A DNA stretch of 45,289 nt. Origin: a virus. Below the pieces are notes generated by a model, which saw nothing but the letters and a program-made list of their open reading frames with translations, made no database searches and was not told where the DNA came from. Positions 1 to 10,255 of the stretch are shown here, piece by piece; positions within the stretch are counted from its first letter, which is position 1, and every line of letters starts with the position of its first letter. Made by a program: the position numbers and the translations under genes. The stretch covers positions 1 through 45,289 of the IMG/VR virus record IMGVR_UViG_3300045988_109839; one strand, given 5' to 3'.

Positions 1-75
1 AACTAATTCTAACATAGGATGTCCACTGTGGATTTTTTATTTTATTTTTTGTTCAAGTTGATTATACAATCTACC
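1..75. repeat. 75-bp terminal overlap, identical to 45215-45289 (circular closure of the contig)
   Basis: Direct comparison: bases 1-75 (aactaattctaacatagg...caatctacc) equal 45215-45289. The overlap lies inside the IS30-family element. Confidence 0.95.
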
Positions 76-78
76 CAT

Positions 79-3000
79 TTATTTAGGTGCTTGTATATAT
101 TTATAATTGAGATATTTCTTGTTAGCAGTTCTGAAAATACTATTCTGCTTCTTATTCAGCTCATCAAGTTTAGCACGTTTGGTGTCTGCATCCATATTTT
201 TGTCTGCATACAGCTCCCTGATAGCTTTGGACACCTTCATAGCATCTGCTTTAGCCTTACGCATACCTTTGAGTTCTTTGCTAACCTTAGCTTTTTTACC
301 TTCAAAAGAAGCATCAGCATATTTAGTCTCTAATTTATCAAGACCATTAAAGAAGACATCCTTGCTACGTGATGTACCTGTACCCTCAGTGTATGTAAAG
401 CGACTATATTCAGTCCACTTTCTACTAGGAGTGACCTCATCTTTAGCCATCATATTGACCGCACCCATAAGGGCATAACCCATAGAGCCTGTGAGACCAT
501 AGATTGTGTTGTCTATCTTGATAGGTGAGAGGTTAGTTGCCTGACCAATCCAACGTGCTGGCATAGAGGTATATTGATTGTATTGGTTCTTAGGACTAAG
601 CTTTTCAAGACGTTGGTCAACTAAAGGGCGATTACGATACATAGAGTGGTTTGTCTGCCATTCGTAGAATTTCTCAATGATAGGGGGAGCACCGGAAGGA
701 GCAAGGTCTTTGATGAGCTTATAGACAGCATCAGCAATAACCTGCTTATCTTCACCCTCAGACATAACATCTAATAACCTTTCAGGCATTGAACCAGCTA
801 GTTGCCCGATAAATTGTGGTTTAGGATAATCATAGATAGTGTCACCTATTTTTACATACCACGCTTTATTCTTCATTTCCATTGGCATGTCCTTATACCA
901 ATCCTCATCTTTATTCCAATACCACAGTAACAGAGTGGGGAACAGTACATGTTCTGTCATGGCAAGACCAACACTAAGAGGGTTTTTAGAAAGCTCTCTT
1001 GCTGCTTTTAAAGTACCCTGAATAGCTGCATTGGCAAAAGGAACATGACGATTAATTGATTTAACAGCAGTACCACTTTTCATAAAGTTTAAGGTGCTAT
1101 CAGAAGCAACCATAGCAGCTTCAATGGTAGAAGCACCACGTCCTTTAGCACGTCGATAGAGTGCCATACGTGGCAGTTGTTCTGCTGCTTCACCAAACAT
1201 TACATTCCAATGCCACAACATCCTAATAGGATATAAGGCTTTATCAAGAGCAGCGTTGCTGATTTTAGGGTCTACAATCTTTCTGAAGTCCTTATTAATC
1301 TCTTGAATAGAACCTAAGCGTGTAGTCATAGTAACACCATTAGACCTAAACTCTCTTTTGTATTGTCTAAGCAGAGCACGTTCTCTGTTGTTGCGGATGA
1401 TAAGTTTACCAAAAGCATTGTCACTATTGAGCATCTGTAATCCCTGCCAAAAGATTTTCATAGGAGCAACAAGGGGAATATGGGAGATGTTACGTCCATC
1501 AGCGTTCATAATGGTTGCTTCAAGAATATCTTTACAAAGGTTAGACATAGCGAACATAGGAGTACCTGTAGCACCAATACGTAAGCCTGTTGCAGCACCT
1601 CTTGATATTTTCTCAATAATACTGAGCTTAGCTGCACCCATATTACCATCTTCAGAAGTCATGGCTTCATAAAGACCCTTCATCATACATTGATAATATT
1701 TAGGCTTTCCTTTTTCATAGACAGTAATAATTTGAGTAGCATGTTTATACTTACCTTCTGCTACAGGCATCATAAGAAAATGACCGCTGTCACCCTTAGC
1801 TAAATCAGCAAGGGCAAGACCAACACGATTACGTTCCACTTTGAAGACAATACTTTGCATATTCTTCATAGCCTGTACCATAGGGTCTTTGATAATACGT
1901 TCAGAACCCTCAACAGTCATAGCCTTATGGGATGCAAAGAAGTCACTAGTACCCTCAATCTCAAATGAACGTGACATAGGGATATATTCAGGGTACTTCT
2001 TTAAGAAAGTGTTAGCAACCTTTGCAGGAATAATTTGTCCGGCAACAGCAATTCGTAACACATTCTCATTCCATTGTTTCCAAAGATTAGAAGCAACTTT
2101 CATCTCAGGCAGTTCCTCTGCTTTAGCAATGATTTTATTACATTCTTCCAAAGTGTGTGTTGTCTTACGTCCTATTGCCATAACTTCTAATTCATGTTTG
2201 GCAGTTTGATAGGTATTAAAGGCTTCATAAAAATCCTTATACTCAGTTTCTTTAAGCCACTTTTGAAGTTCAGCACCACGCTTACCTTGTGCATCCAAAG
2301 GTTTCAAGATGTCAGTAGCTACAACATTATTAAGTGCAATATTAAATTTTGTCTGCAGCATTTTAACAGCAGCTCTAGTGCCTAGATTATTACCATTCAG
2401 GAGACAGCCAACAGTATCATTACCAGCTTGCTTTGCATACTGTGCCAAGACAGCAGGGTCATTCTCCATAGCTATCTTTACACCTTGGTTGTCTTCATAG
2501 GCTCTTACACTCTCGTCAATGTCAGCATACTCCCATGCAAAACGCTTTTTAGTAGCTGTCCATGTGCCAACAAGCTTATCAATCTTTTTACCAAGTTTTT
2601 TGTCTGCCCAATGAAACATGCCAGCAGCTTTGCTAAAATCAGACTGCGAACCCCATCGGCGCACCTGTTGTCCTAAAAGGTTCATCTGTGCCTGATAGAA
2701 TCTATCACTTGCAATCGCTTTTTCAAACTCAGTATAGGCAAGAGGGAAGTGCTTTTTAGCCATCTCAGGGTTGACACAGTATTCATTCATAAAGGCTGCA
2801 CGTCCTTCTTCTACATAAGTAGCATAGTTTTCCGGGGCGTATTTATTACCATACTCTCCTCTCTGCCATATAGAAGTAGCACCATCATAGAGTTCTTTTT
2901 GAACTGTTGTATCTTTACCCCAACCGAATTTATCAGACAAACCATGTCCGATTTCGTGACAGATTACAGACCATGCACGGAAACCACGGATACGAATACC

Positions 3001-4275
3001 TTTACCATGGGGCATAAAGTAGCCTAAGGTTCTATCACTATCAGCTAAATCTAACCTACCGGGGCGAATAGGGAACATAGCTTTGGCTGTTTCCCATATA
3101 TCCTCTGCACTCACAGGATGAGGGTAAAGGTTATCTTTACTATATTCAAGCTTATCACCATGAGCACCCTGCATGATTTCAGGGGTTTGGCGAGCTTCGA
3201 GATGGTCTTTAGCTAACTGATTAGCAATAGCATCCTGTTGCATTTGCTGTTCAGGCATTTGCTCAGGATAAGCTTTTTCTGCGGTTGTCTTTGGTTCACG
3301 CTTTGTAACCTGAGCAGGTGTAACCATCTCCTCATAGTCATTATCAACATCCCATACATTCTCACGATGCTGCTTACGATGCTTACGTTTCCTTTTATTC
3401 TTCTCTTTAGTAGGAGAACCTAACTTTTTGTTTGTCTCATCAACCTTAGTCTTATCAGCCAAAGGCTCAGTAGCAGGGTTTGTCTTTTCAGTAATAACCT
3501 CTGTATTAGTAGTGGGGTTTGTCTTGATAGACCAATCCACTTTAGACAATTTTTTGACACCCAAAGCAGCATCTGTAGTAAAAGTGTTGACAGCAAAACG
3601 AGCAGGGTGTTCTTCTGCATACTTACGTACATTTTCATCCATAGCAAGAACTGTACCTGCTGCGATACCACTACCCACAAAAGGGGTAGTCATAACCTTA
3701 GAGACTTTAGGGGCAGCCTTAGATAAAAGACCACCCACGCCATGTGTCACAGAAGCTGCCACAGTACCTGCCAACATAGGGAGCAGGGATGCTTTGGCTT
3801 GGTCGGACATCTCAGGGGCATTTTCAATCTCCTGTGCTTTCTGCATCTCATGCAGCATGATAGGTACTTGAACAGCCAAAGGAATCCAAGGATTAGCAGC
3901 ACCTGCTACGTCCCCTATGAGAGTGAGGGGGTCTTTGGTAGCCACATAACGAGCATCATCCACAGCATCCTGTAAAGCAATAGCAGCCTTTTCCTGAGCA
4001 GGAGACACATACTGCTGTGGTAGTGCCATATCATCTATAGAATCAGGCAGGACACCTGCTTTATATGCTTCACCAGCAGTCACAGCAAGCTTCTGACCCG
4101 ATTTATTTATGTCTGCAATCCATTCGGTAACCGCTTCACCAAAATCATCAAAAGGATTATAGCCTTGGTGCTGTACCTTTTGGAGCTGTTCTTGTCCTTT
4201 GGCTTGTAAATCAACACCGCTGACATAATCATCATCCATCTTATGCCATGCCTTATACATATCAAATTTAGCCAT
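79..4275 (-). CDS. Large internal virion (core/ejection) protein, gp16-like by position; contains an HExxH zincin motif
   Basis: 1398-aa ORF with RBS taggagg upstream of the ATG. It is the last and largest ORF of the core-protein block after the tail tubular genes, as in T7. HEIGH is encoded at 2944-2958. A basic KRKRKHRK stretch is present. Confidence 0.6.
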   Translation of the reverse strand: MAKFDMYKAWHKMDDDYVSGVDLQAKGQEQLQKVQHQGYNPFDDFGEAVTEWIADINKSGQKLAVTAGEAYKAGVLPDSIDDMALPQQYVSPAQEKAAIALQDAVDDARYVATKDPLTLIGDVAGAANPWIPLAVQVPIMLHEMQKAQEIENAPEMSDQAKASLLPMLAGTVAASVTHGVGGLLSKAAPKVSKVMTTPFVGSGIAAGTVLAMDENVRKYAEEHPARFAVNTFTTDAALGVKKLSKVDWSIKTNPTTNTEVITEKTNPATEPLADKTKVDETNKKLGSPTKEKNKRKRKHRKQHRENVWDVDNDYEEMVTPAQVTKREPKTTAEKAYPEQMPEQQMQQDAIANQLAKDHLEARQTPEIMQGAHGDKLEYSKDNLYPHPVSAEDIWETAKAMFPIRPGRLDLADSDRTLGYFMPHGKGIRIRGFRAWSVICHEIGHGLSDKFGWGKDTTVQKELYDGATSIWQRGEYGNKYAPENYATYVEEGRAAFMNEYCVNPEMAKKHFPLAYTEFEKAIASDRFYQAQMNLLGQQVRRWGSQSDFSKAAGMFHWADKKLGKKIDKLVGTWTATKKRFAWEYADIDESVRAYEDNQGVKIAMENDPAVLAQYAKQAGNDTVGCLLNGNNLGTRAAVKMLQTKFNIALNNVVATDILKPLDAQGKRGAELQKWLKETEYKDFYEAFNTYQTAKHELEVMAIGRKTTHTLEECNKIIAKAEELPEMKVASNLWKQWNENVLRIAVAGQIIPAKVANTFLKKYPEYIPMSRSFEIEGTSDFFASHKAMTVEGSERIIKDPMVQAMKNMQSIVFKVERNRVGLALADLAKGDSGHFLMMPVAEGKYKHATQIITVYEKGKPKYYQCMMKGLYEAMTSEDGNMGAAKLSIIEKISRGAATGLRIGATGTPMFAMSNLCKDILEATIMNADGRNISHIPLVAPMKIFWQGLQMLNSDNAFGKLIIRNNRERALLRQYKREFRSNGVTMTTRLGSIQEINKDFRKIVDPKISNAALDKALYPIRMLWHWNVMFGEAAEQLPRMALYRRAKGRGASTIEAAMVASDSTLNFMKSGTAVKSINRHVPFANAAIQGTLKAARELSKNPLSVGLAMTEHVLFPTLLLWYWNKDEDWYKDMPMEMKNKAWYVKIGDTIYDYPKPQFIGQLAGSMPERLLDVMSEGEDKQVIADAVYKLIKDLAPSGAPPIIEKFYEWQTNHSMYRNRPLVDQRLEKLSPKNQYNQYTSMPARWIGQATNLSPIKIDNTIYGLTGSMGYALMGAVNMMAKDEVTPSRKWTEYSRFTYTEGTGTSRSKDVFFNGLDKLETKYADASFEGKKAKVSKELKGMRKAKADAMKVSKAIRELYADKNMDADTKRAKLDELNKKQNSIFRTANKKYLNYKYIQAPK

Positions 4276-4283
4276 AATTCCTC

Positions 4284-6437
4284 CTATTCCCCTCTAGCAT
4301 CTGCTAACATATCATTTATATTACCTTCAGCACCAAAGACATCACGTAAAACTTTGTTTACATCAAGACCTGCTTGTTGTGCAAGAACCTCAACTCTGCG
4401 GTGAATTTGGTCTTCATCTAAAGGAACACCTCTATCATCAGTGGGGTTACTATTGACTAAGATTTTTAATTGAGCTATCTGTTGGTCATAATCTGAAAGA
4501 GTGGGGGTATCATTCTCAGGGTTATAATTGGACTTAGACTGTGTTGTCTCAGCCTGTTCACCCGGAATCAGTCCACGCTTCTTTTTGAATTTTAAAAGCT
4601 TGTTCAATCTTGCTGTGGCTCTATTAGCTGCCTTCTGTAGCTTTATGTATGCATCAGATTCACCATCAACATTAGGGTCTTTATACGCTTTATACCATTC
4701 GGCATAGGTCTCTGTATCCTCAATATATTGATAGCCATTTTCATAATCCCAAAAGTGTTTAGCTTCTGCATCTCCTGCACCAAAGCCATAGTAATTAGCA
4801 GACCTACGTGTTTCACGTAAAATACTCCTACTCATCGTAGCCTTAGTTGTCTCCGGCAAGTTAGAGCTATTAATAATCTGCATCTGCTCACTAGGGTCAT
4901 TGGTCTGCAAAAGAGCCATATTGATTCTGTCTCTTTCCTCAGCATCACGTTGAGCCTTAACACGCTGAGCCTGTGCATGTGCTGCAAGGATAAGCTGACG
5001 TACTTTCTGTACACGTTGAGGACTATAGGCAGCAGCAGACTGCTCTTTAGGATTAGCAGCTTTCATACCACCATGGTAATCAGCAAGATGCAGATGTCTG
5101 CCTGTGCCAGCATCATGGAATAAGACCTCACCAAAATACTGCTTAAAATAAGACAATGCTTTATTAGCCTGTGCTTCGTCCACATTATCACCTAAATAAA
5201 TATCCACAGCATTACCTTTAGTATGCTCTGAGTTTGGTACGCCACCCACAGATGCATTATGCTCTGCTGTGCGGTAACCACTAGTAATCTGTGCATCCTT
5301 AAAGCCTAGCTGATAGATAGCACCACCAACCATAGGTAACACACTTTTCATAGTGGGGGACAGGTCTGCTAAGTCGGGGTTGTCTCCCTGCGAGATAGGC
5401 AGGTTAGCTTCAGGAATACCATCAGCATTTGTAGTTTCCGTAGGTAACTGAGACAACAATGCTTCAGCTTTTGAGAGGTCAACAGTGCCATCAGGACGTG
5501 TGCATTTAGACACAATATCATCGGTAACTCTCAGGTTGAAGTTGTCTGCAATCTTGGTGTAGGAGGGATAGAGGTTAACCATCTGCTTTAAAGACAAACC
5601 ATCTTCGTATTGATAGTCACCTAAGGCATCCAATCTTGCTGTATCAAAATCTTGGTCAGCAATCATCTGAGCAAGAGGGGCAACAGCTTTAATGAAGCCA
5701 TCTCTATCTCTAGCACCTAACTGAACCTTGCGTAACGCTTCATTACCACGAGTGAGGAAGTCTTCACCCTTAGCTCCACTATACACAAGGTCTTGAAACT
5801 CACTAGAACCTAACATGACCATCTTCTGACGTTTATCATCATTGATTCTCTTGTCAGCTTCATTAGCTATTTTTATTGTGTCTTGAACAGCACCCTCATA
5901 ATAGCCTTGGTCAAATGCTACCTTATTAGAGATACCATCATCACTGAAGTTAGCTCTGTTCTCCTGCAGATACTTATTGAAAAGACTAACCGCTTCAGAC
6001 ACACTCTTAGGCTTTTCAGAAGCAGGGTCATTCATCCATTGCTCTTTGGCATATTGGCTTGCCATTTTACCAATGCCTTTTTCAAGGACAGCCATAGCGT
6101 AGCGGTTATCTGTCAAGTCAAATTCATCACTAGAGTTCTGCAAAGCTGCCATGCGGTCAAACTTCTTCAGGTCTTCTTGTGTCTTACCTGCAAGGAGTTT
6201 GTCTGCATTGACCAATACTGCTTGGTCTTGGGTACGCTTCTCATCCGCAATACGCTCCTCCATGATATTCTTACCAAGGAGACCTAAAGATGATGCTAAG
6301 CGTTGCGCATCTAAATCTGTACGTTGTGAGATGCCTGCAGATGCACTGATTTTATTTAAGGACAGCGCATAGGGAATCTCCGGTTGTTTTGAAAACTGCC
6401 GTTGAGTACCTATCGCTGCCTGTACTTCTTTACTCAA
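4284..6437 (-). CDS. Internal core protein (gp15-like by position) with an embedded peptidase M15-type peptidoglycan hydrolase domain
   Basis: 717-aa ORF with a TTG start 8 nt after AGGAGG. The motif SGYRTAEHNASVGGVPNSEHTKGNAVD...HLHLA resembles the endolysin at 38071-38427 (GYRCPAHNAEVGGVSNSQH..GTAADV). Confidence 0.65.
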   Translation of the reverse strand: MSKEVQAAIGTQRQFSKQPEIPYALSLNKISASAGISQRTDLDAQRLASSLGLLGKNIMEERIADEKRTQDQAVLVNADKLLAGKTQEDLKKFDRMAALQNSSDEFDLTDNRYAMAVLEKGIGKMASQYAKEQWMNDPASEKPKSVSEAVSLFNKYLQENRANFSDDGISNKVAFDQGYYEGAVQDTIKIANEADKRINDDKRQKMVMLGSSEFQDLVYSGAKGEDFLTRGNEALRKVQLGARDRDGFIKAVAPLAQMIADQDFDTARLDALGDYQYEDGLSLKQMVNLYPSYTKIADNFNLRVTDDIVSKCTRPDGTVDLSKAEALLSQLPTETTNADGIPEANLPISQGDNPDLADLSPTMKSVLPMVGGAIYQLGFKDAQITSGYRTAEHNASVGGVPNSEHTKGNAVDIYLGDNVDEAQANKALSYFKQYFGEVLFHDAGTGRHLHLADYHGGMKAANPKEQSAAAYSPQRVQKVRQLILAAHAQAQRVKAQRDAEERDRINMALLQTNDPSEQMQIINSSNLPETTKATMSRSILRETRRSANYYGFGAGDAEAKHFWDYENGYQYIEDTETYAEWYKAYKDPNVDGESDAYIKLQKAANRATARLNKLLKFKKKRGLIPGEQAETTQSKSNYNPENDTPTLSDYDQQIAQLKILVNSNPTDDRGVPLDEDQIHRRVEVLAQQAGLDVNKVLRDVFGAEGNINDMLADARGE

Positions 6438-6442
6438 TCTTC

Positions 6443-7087
6443 TTACCTCCTGTAAATACCATTGCCAATACCTAGCTTCTCATGGACGCTACGTGGAGCG
6501 TTGCCTACCCATGTCTTAGTAGCAGTCTTGGCTGTCTTTCCAATGCCACCTGTAATCTTCTGCTGATTCATAATATTCTTGGCTTGTGTATAATTATTCA
6601 AACCTGTGGCAGCAGCAGACAACAAGTTAGTGAATCTGCTGGGCATCTTAGGTGCAGAAGCATTAAGGTTCTCTAAAAATTCGTGAGTAGATTTTACTTG
6701 ACGCTCACGATTCAGGTCAACCTCATTAGATTTACGTTTATAGTTGTCTTGAATAGAGGACACTGCACGAGCAGTATCTCCCTCAGCAGCACGTACAATG
6801 AGGTTAGCTGTACGTCCGCTCATGGTCTCATTCACAGCAGCTTTTACGCCACTATTGAGCTGCATAGAGTTTAACCTAGTGTTACTAATCTCTACAACAG
6901 CTTGGTCAAAAGCATCTGTGCGCTGCTGTTCTAAATCCATGATATTCCAATTCATCTCAGTAATAGCTGCCTTAGCCTGTGCGTTCATGGTAGCCTGTGC
7001 TGCCTTAGCTTGCGCACGTTGTCCCATGTAGTCACCTGCTACTTGCAAGCCTGTACTGATACCAGCAGCCACCATAGGACTGCACAT
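6443..7087 (-). CDS. Internal virion protein (gp14-like by position)
   Basis: 214-aa ORF with a good RBS. It is Ala/Gln-rich and helical and lies between the gp13-like and gp15-like genes. Confidence 0.45.
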   Translation of the reverse strand: MCSPMVAAGISTGLQVAGDYMGQRAQAKAAQATMNAQAKAAITEMNWNIMDLEQQRTDAFDQAVVEISNTRLNSMQLNSGVKAAVNETMSGRTANLIVRAAEGDTARAVSSIQDNYKRKSNEVDLNRERQVKSTHEFLENLNASAPKMPSRFTNLLSAAATGLNNYTQAKNIMNQQKITGGIGKTAKTATKTWVGNAPRSVHEKLGIGNGIYRR

Positions 7088-7093
7088 AAGACA

Positions 7094-7477
7094 TCACTCC
7101 TTTCCCTTATATAATGTAAATTTCTGAAATGGCTCACCATTGATATATTTATATTCACCAAATTCAGCTCCTAGCCATTTAAGCCATTGCACATGTCGCT
7201 CATTTTTGAGCCATACATAATTATGAACAGCAGAGCGTGTTTCCGTCCATTGCTTAAAGAAAGGCTTGCAGAAGCGTAGGAACTTGATAGGGTGCACATC
7301 TACCTCTTTAGTGCAGACAACCCATATCAAAGAAGAATCTTCTAGACCACCAATGGCATATACCCTGTGTGTCTCATCATCATAAAGACACAAAGCATTG
7401 AATAGCTCCTGCACTTCAGTGAGACCAAAGGATGTACCTGAAGCATAATACCATTCCAGCCTGTCTTCCTCACGCAT
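7094..7477 (-). CDS. Small virion/assembly protein (gp13-like by position)
   Basis: 127-aa ORF immediately downstream of tail tubular B, in the T7 gene 13 position. No motif recognised. Confidence 0.35.
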   Translation of the reverse strand: MREEDRLEWYYASGTSFGLTEVQELFNALCLYDDETHRVYAIGGLEDSSLIWVVCTKEVDVHPIKFLRFCKPFFKQWTETRSAVHNYVWLKNERHVQWLKWLGAEFGEYKYINGEPFQKFTLYKGKE

Positions 7478-7524
7478 GTTTTCTCTAAAGTCACAGAGCT
7501 GAACAATGTTTAATTTAGATACTT

Positions 7525-10251
7525 TTAAAATAGTCTTGTCCTCCTTTGGTAATTACCAATCCAACCTGCACCTACAAGAGATACAGGAAGTGGGGTGTCT
7601 GTTTCTAAACAAATGTTTACATTTTCATTTTTGGCTTGGATAGGGAACTTAAAAGAACCTGTGGTAAAAGGCATTGCACCTAAGATATTAAAACGAGTAC
7701 CTAAGAGCCTAGAGGTATACTCATAGACATAGGCTTGTTTGTCTTTAATATCTACAGTTACTTTGAAGTAACCACTATCAGCATAGTTAAACCACATCTG
7801 ACGCAGTTGTAATCTGCCCTCAATGAGAGCCTGAGTATTGCCATTATCAGACTGCTTAACCATAATAGTAGACATAACTATTTTAAAATCATAGTTGATA
7901 CCTACAGTAAGCATTTTGTTTGAATAGTCACCTATAAATACCAGCTTACCTTCTTTAGCCTTAGCATATGTACCATCAGAAGCCACAGCACTGTATTGTC
8001 TATCCTGCTCATATATAGTGCCAAAGATGTCACTTACACTTACTGTAGTTTCATCGTTAAGGGAATCATAGCAATCAGCAGGAATCTGATAGGTATGCTT
8101 ACAATCCAGCAGGGTACGATAAGCTTCACCATCAAAATCAGTAGTATTAAGGGTGAAGGAAATTTTCTCCAAACAGTAGCACCCATTGCGCTCTACTATC
8201 AGATAGAGATAGCTGTCAATAAACTGACCACCATAGACAACACCTTGCACGTCCCATTTAGACCATGCTGCCTGTACACGCTGGCTATCAATGAAGAGAT
8301 ACTTATAGACATAAATAGCAGTCTCGTCACCTTCGGTAAGATAGAGCATGACATTCTCAACAGTAGAGGGAATGATTTTATAGACACCATTAGGAATATA
8401 GTTAGGCACATGGGATGTTATGTCTTGAACATCCTTAGCATCTGTGTTGTCTGCTGCGGTGAAAAACTCACGCACAGTAGTATACTTAGCTCTTTCAGCC
8501 ACAAAGTAAACATTGCGCCCTGCATTAACAGGCTTAGCCTTAAGACTAGCTTCGTAGTGGGTGACAGCCGGGGACAGATTAGCACTTGTAGGCGTTAAGA
8601 TGCCATCAGCAGAGAGCATAAACTGTGCTTCACGGCTGAACAGAATAAGGTCTGTATCAAAAGTCACCGCATTGTAGAGGGTGCTAATAGTATTATCAGA
8701 GACTGCTAAGTCGATAGGGTCTGTATCCTGTACCTTGGTGGCACTTGTCATCCAAAAGTTGAAGAAGTTTGCACTTCTAGTGAGGATAACATTTTCACCG
8801 CTTAAGAAGCCTAAGCGGTTTCTATGATAGAAGACATCATTTATTGTCTGCCCTATGAAAGAGGGGATAGGGTTGCTTTCTTCATCACCAATATCCCTAG
8901 CTTCCCATTCAGCTCTACGGAAAGTAAAAGTACCATCTGCTTCACGCACAAGAACATGAGGTAGAGTAGAGGTATCAAAGTGGTTCTTCAGGTTAGGTCT
9001 AGCACATTCTTTCCATACCTTTTCTTCTGCACTGTACTTAACATAGTAATCATCAGTGTTGCTACCTTCTTCACCCACAATCTTTACAAGGTAACCATCA
9101 GGGGCAGTAGCAGGAAGGTTGGTGAATTTCTGCACAGACTTAAGGATACCAAAGGCAGCCTGATTGTTATAACCATCAAAGACTTCAGCAGAAGTGATAA
9201 GACTCTTAGCAATGCTGTAAGAGGGACTATTGGTATTCTCTGTATATTTAATAGTGTAAGTTTCTGCTTCAGTCTCACCCCACTCCTCATTATAATAGTA
9301 GTGAGTGAGTTTGCTATCAGCAGAGGTGACAGACCAACCATCAGAAGAGCATTTGTCAATTTCTGCTTTGACTTTATTATAGGCTTCTATATCCGCAGTC
9401 TTTGTTAGGACTTCTTTTTTAGGGATAGTCACAATAATTGTCCCTAAAGACCGTGTTACAGTAGAGGGAGTATAGAAATGTCTAGTTGCTAAATAATTAT
9501 AATTAAGTCCCTTGAAAATATCTTCCTGTTGAGCAGGGGTAGTGGGAGGTTGTATGTAAACAGTCTCCCCTGTTTCTGTTACAAAAGCACTCTTCTTTAG
9601 ATATAACCATGAAGAGCCTGTAGTAGTAACATAACCTTTATCAATACATTGAGAGGCTAACTTCTGCACGATAAAGTCGGTAGCTATCTGCTTAGTATGG
9701 GACTTATCACTGCCATCAGGGGTCTCATAGCTCGCCACAGTTTCATCATTTACTACAATCTTATATGTGCGACCATACTGACCACTTTTGATATTGACAA
9801 GTAAACCCTGTGTATTCCATGATATATCATCTATCTTATCTGTCATTTTGGTTTTTTGTGCTGTGTTACTAATGAATGTATAATCTGCAATAGTAATAGC
9901 CTTGATATTGCTACGTGGACGCTGTGTATAAATATACGAAGCATCTTCGTTTATATTCACAGTCTTCTTATTACCCTGTAGGTCAAAGACATCAACACCT
10001 GCACCTGTGAAGATAACAATATACTTTTCATCAGTATCCCTATCTATAAAGTGTATCAAAGGTTTATTGATAGCATTACCTCTCTTACCTAAATTAGCTT
10101 CAAAGATAGTAGGAGGACGCTTCTGTAAGCCACTTGCTTCAGTAGACAAACCATTCAACTGTTCCTCTAGCTGTTCAGGGTGTCTGAGGATAGGGGGTTG
10201 TTGAGATACACCACTAACAAGGTTCTTTATGTCTTGGTTAATCAATCCCAT
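7525..10251 (-). CDS. Tail tubular protein B (gp12-like)
   Basis: 908-aa ORF directly after the gp11 homologue. Size and synteny match T7 gp12. Confidence 0.8.
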   Translation of the reverse strand: MGLINQDIKNLVSGVSQQPPILRHPEQLEEQLNGLSTEASGLQKRPPTIFEANLGKRGNAINKPLIHFIDRDTDEKYIVIFTGAGVDVFDLQGNKKTVNINEDASYIYTQRPRSNIKAITIADYTFISNTAQKTKMTDKIDDISWNTQGLLVNIKSGQYGRTYKIVVNDETVASYETPDGSDKSHTKQIATDFIVQKLASQCIDKGYVTTTGSSWLYLKKSAFVTETGETVYIQPPTTPAQQEDIFKGLNYNYLATRHFYTPSTVTRSLGTIIVTIPKKEVLTKTADIEAYNKVKAEIDKCSSDGWSVTSADSKLTHYYYNEEWGETEAETYTIKYTENTNSPSYSIAKSLITSAEVFDGYNNQAAFGILKSVQKFTNLPATAPDGYLVKIVGEEGSNTDDYYVKYSAEEKVWKECARPNLKNHFDTSTLPHVLVREADGTFTFRRAEWEARDIGDEESNPIPSFIGQTINDVFYHRNRLGFLSGENVILTRSANFFNFWMTSATKVQDTDPIDLAVSDNTISTLYNAVTFDTDLILFSREAQFMLSADGILTPTSANLSPAVTHYEASLKAKPVNAGRNVYFVAERAKYTTVREFFTAADNTDAKDVQDITSHVPNYIPNGVYKIIPSTVENVMLYLTEGDETAIYVYKYLFIDSQRVQAAWSKWDVQGVVYGGQFIDSYLYLIVERNGCYCLEKISFTLNTTDFDGEAYRTLLDCKHTYQIPADCYDSLNDETTVSVSDIFGTIYEQDRQYSAVASDGTYAKAKEGKLVFIGDYSNKMLTVGINYDFKIVMSTIMVKQSDNGNTQALIEGRLQLRQMWFNYADSGYFKVTVDIKDKQAYVYEYTSRLLGTRFNILGAMPFTTGSFKFPIQAKNENVNICLETDTPLPVSLVGAGWIGNYQRRTRLF

Positions 10252-10255
10252 AATC

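Noticed and set aside
1-75. The 75-bp terminal repeat as the phage's biological direct terminal repeat (T7-type DTR).
   Set aside because: Both copies lie inside the IS30-family element, and the length looks like an assembler overlap. By synteny the real ends should be near 33.15-33.48 kb.
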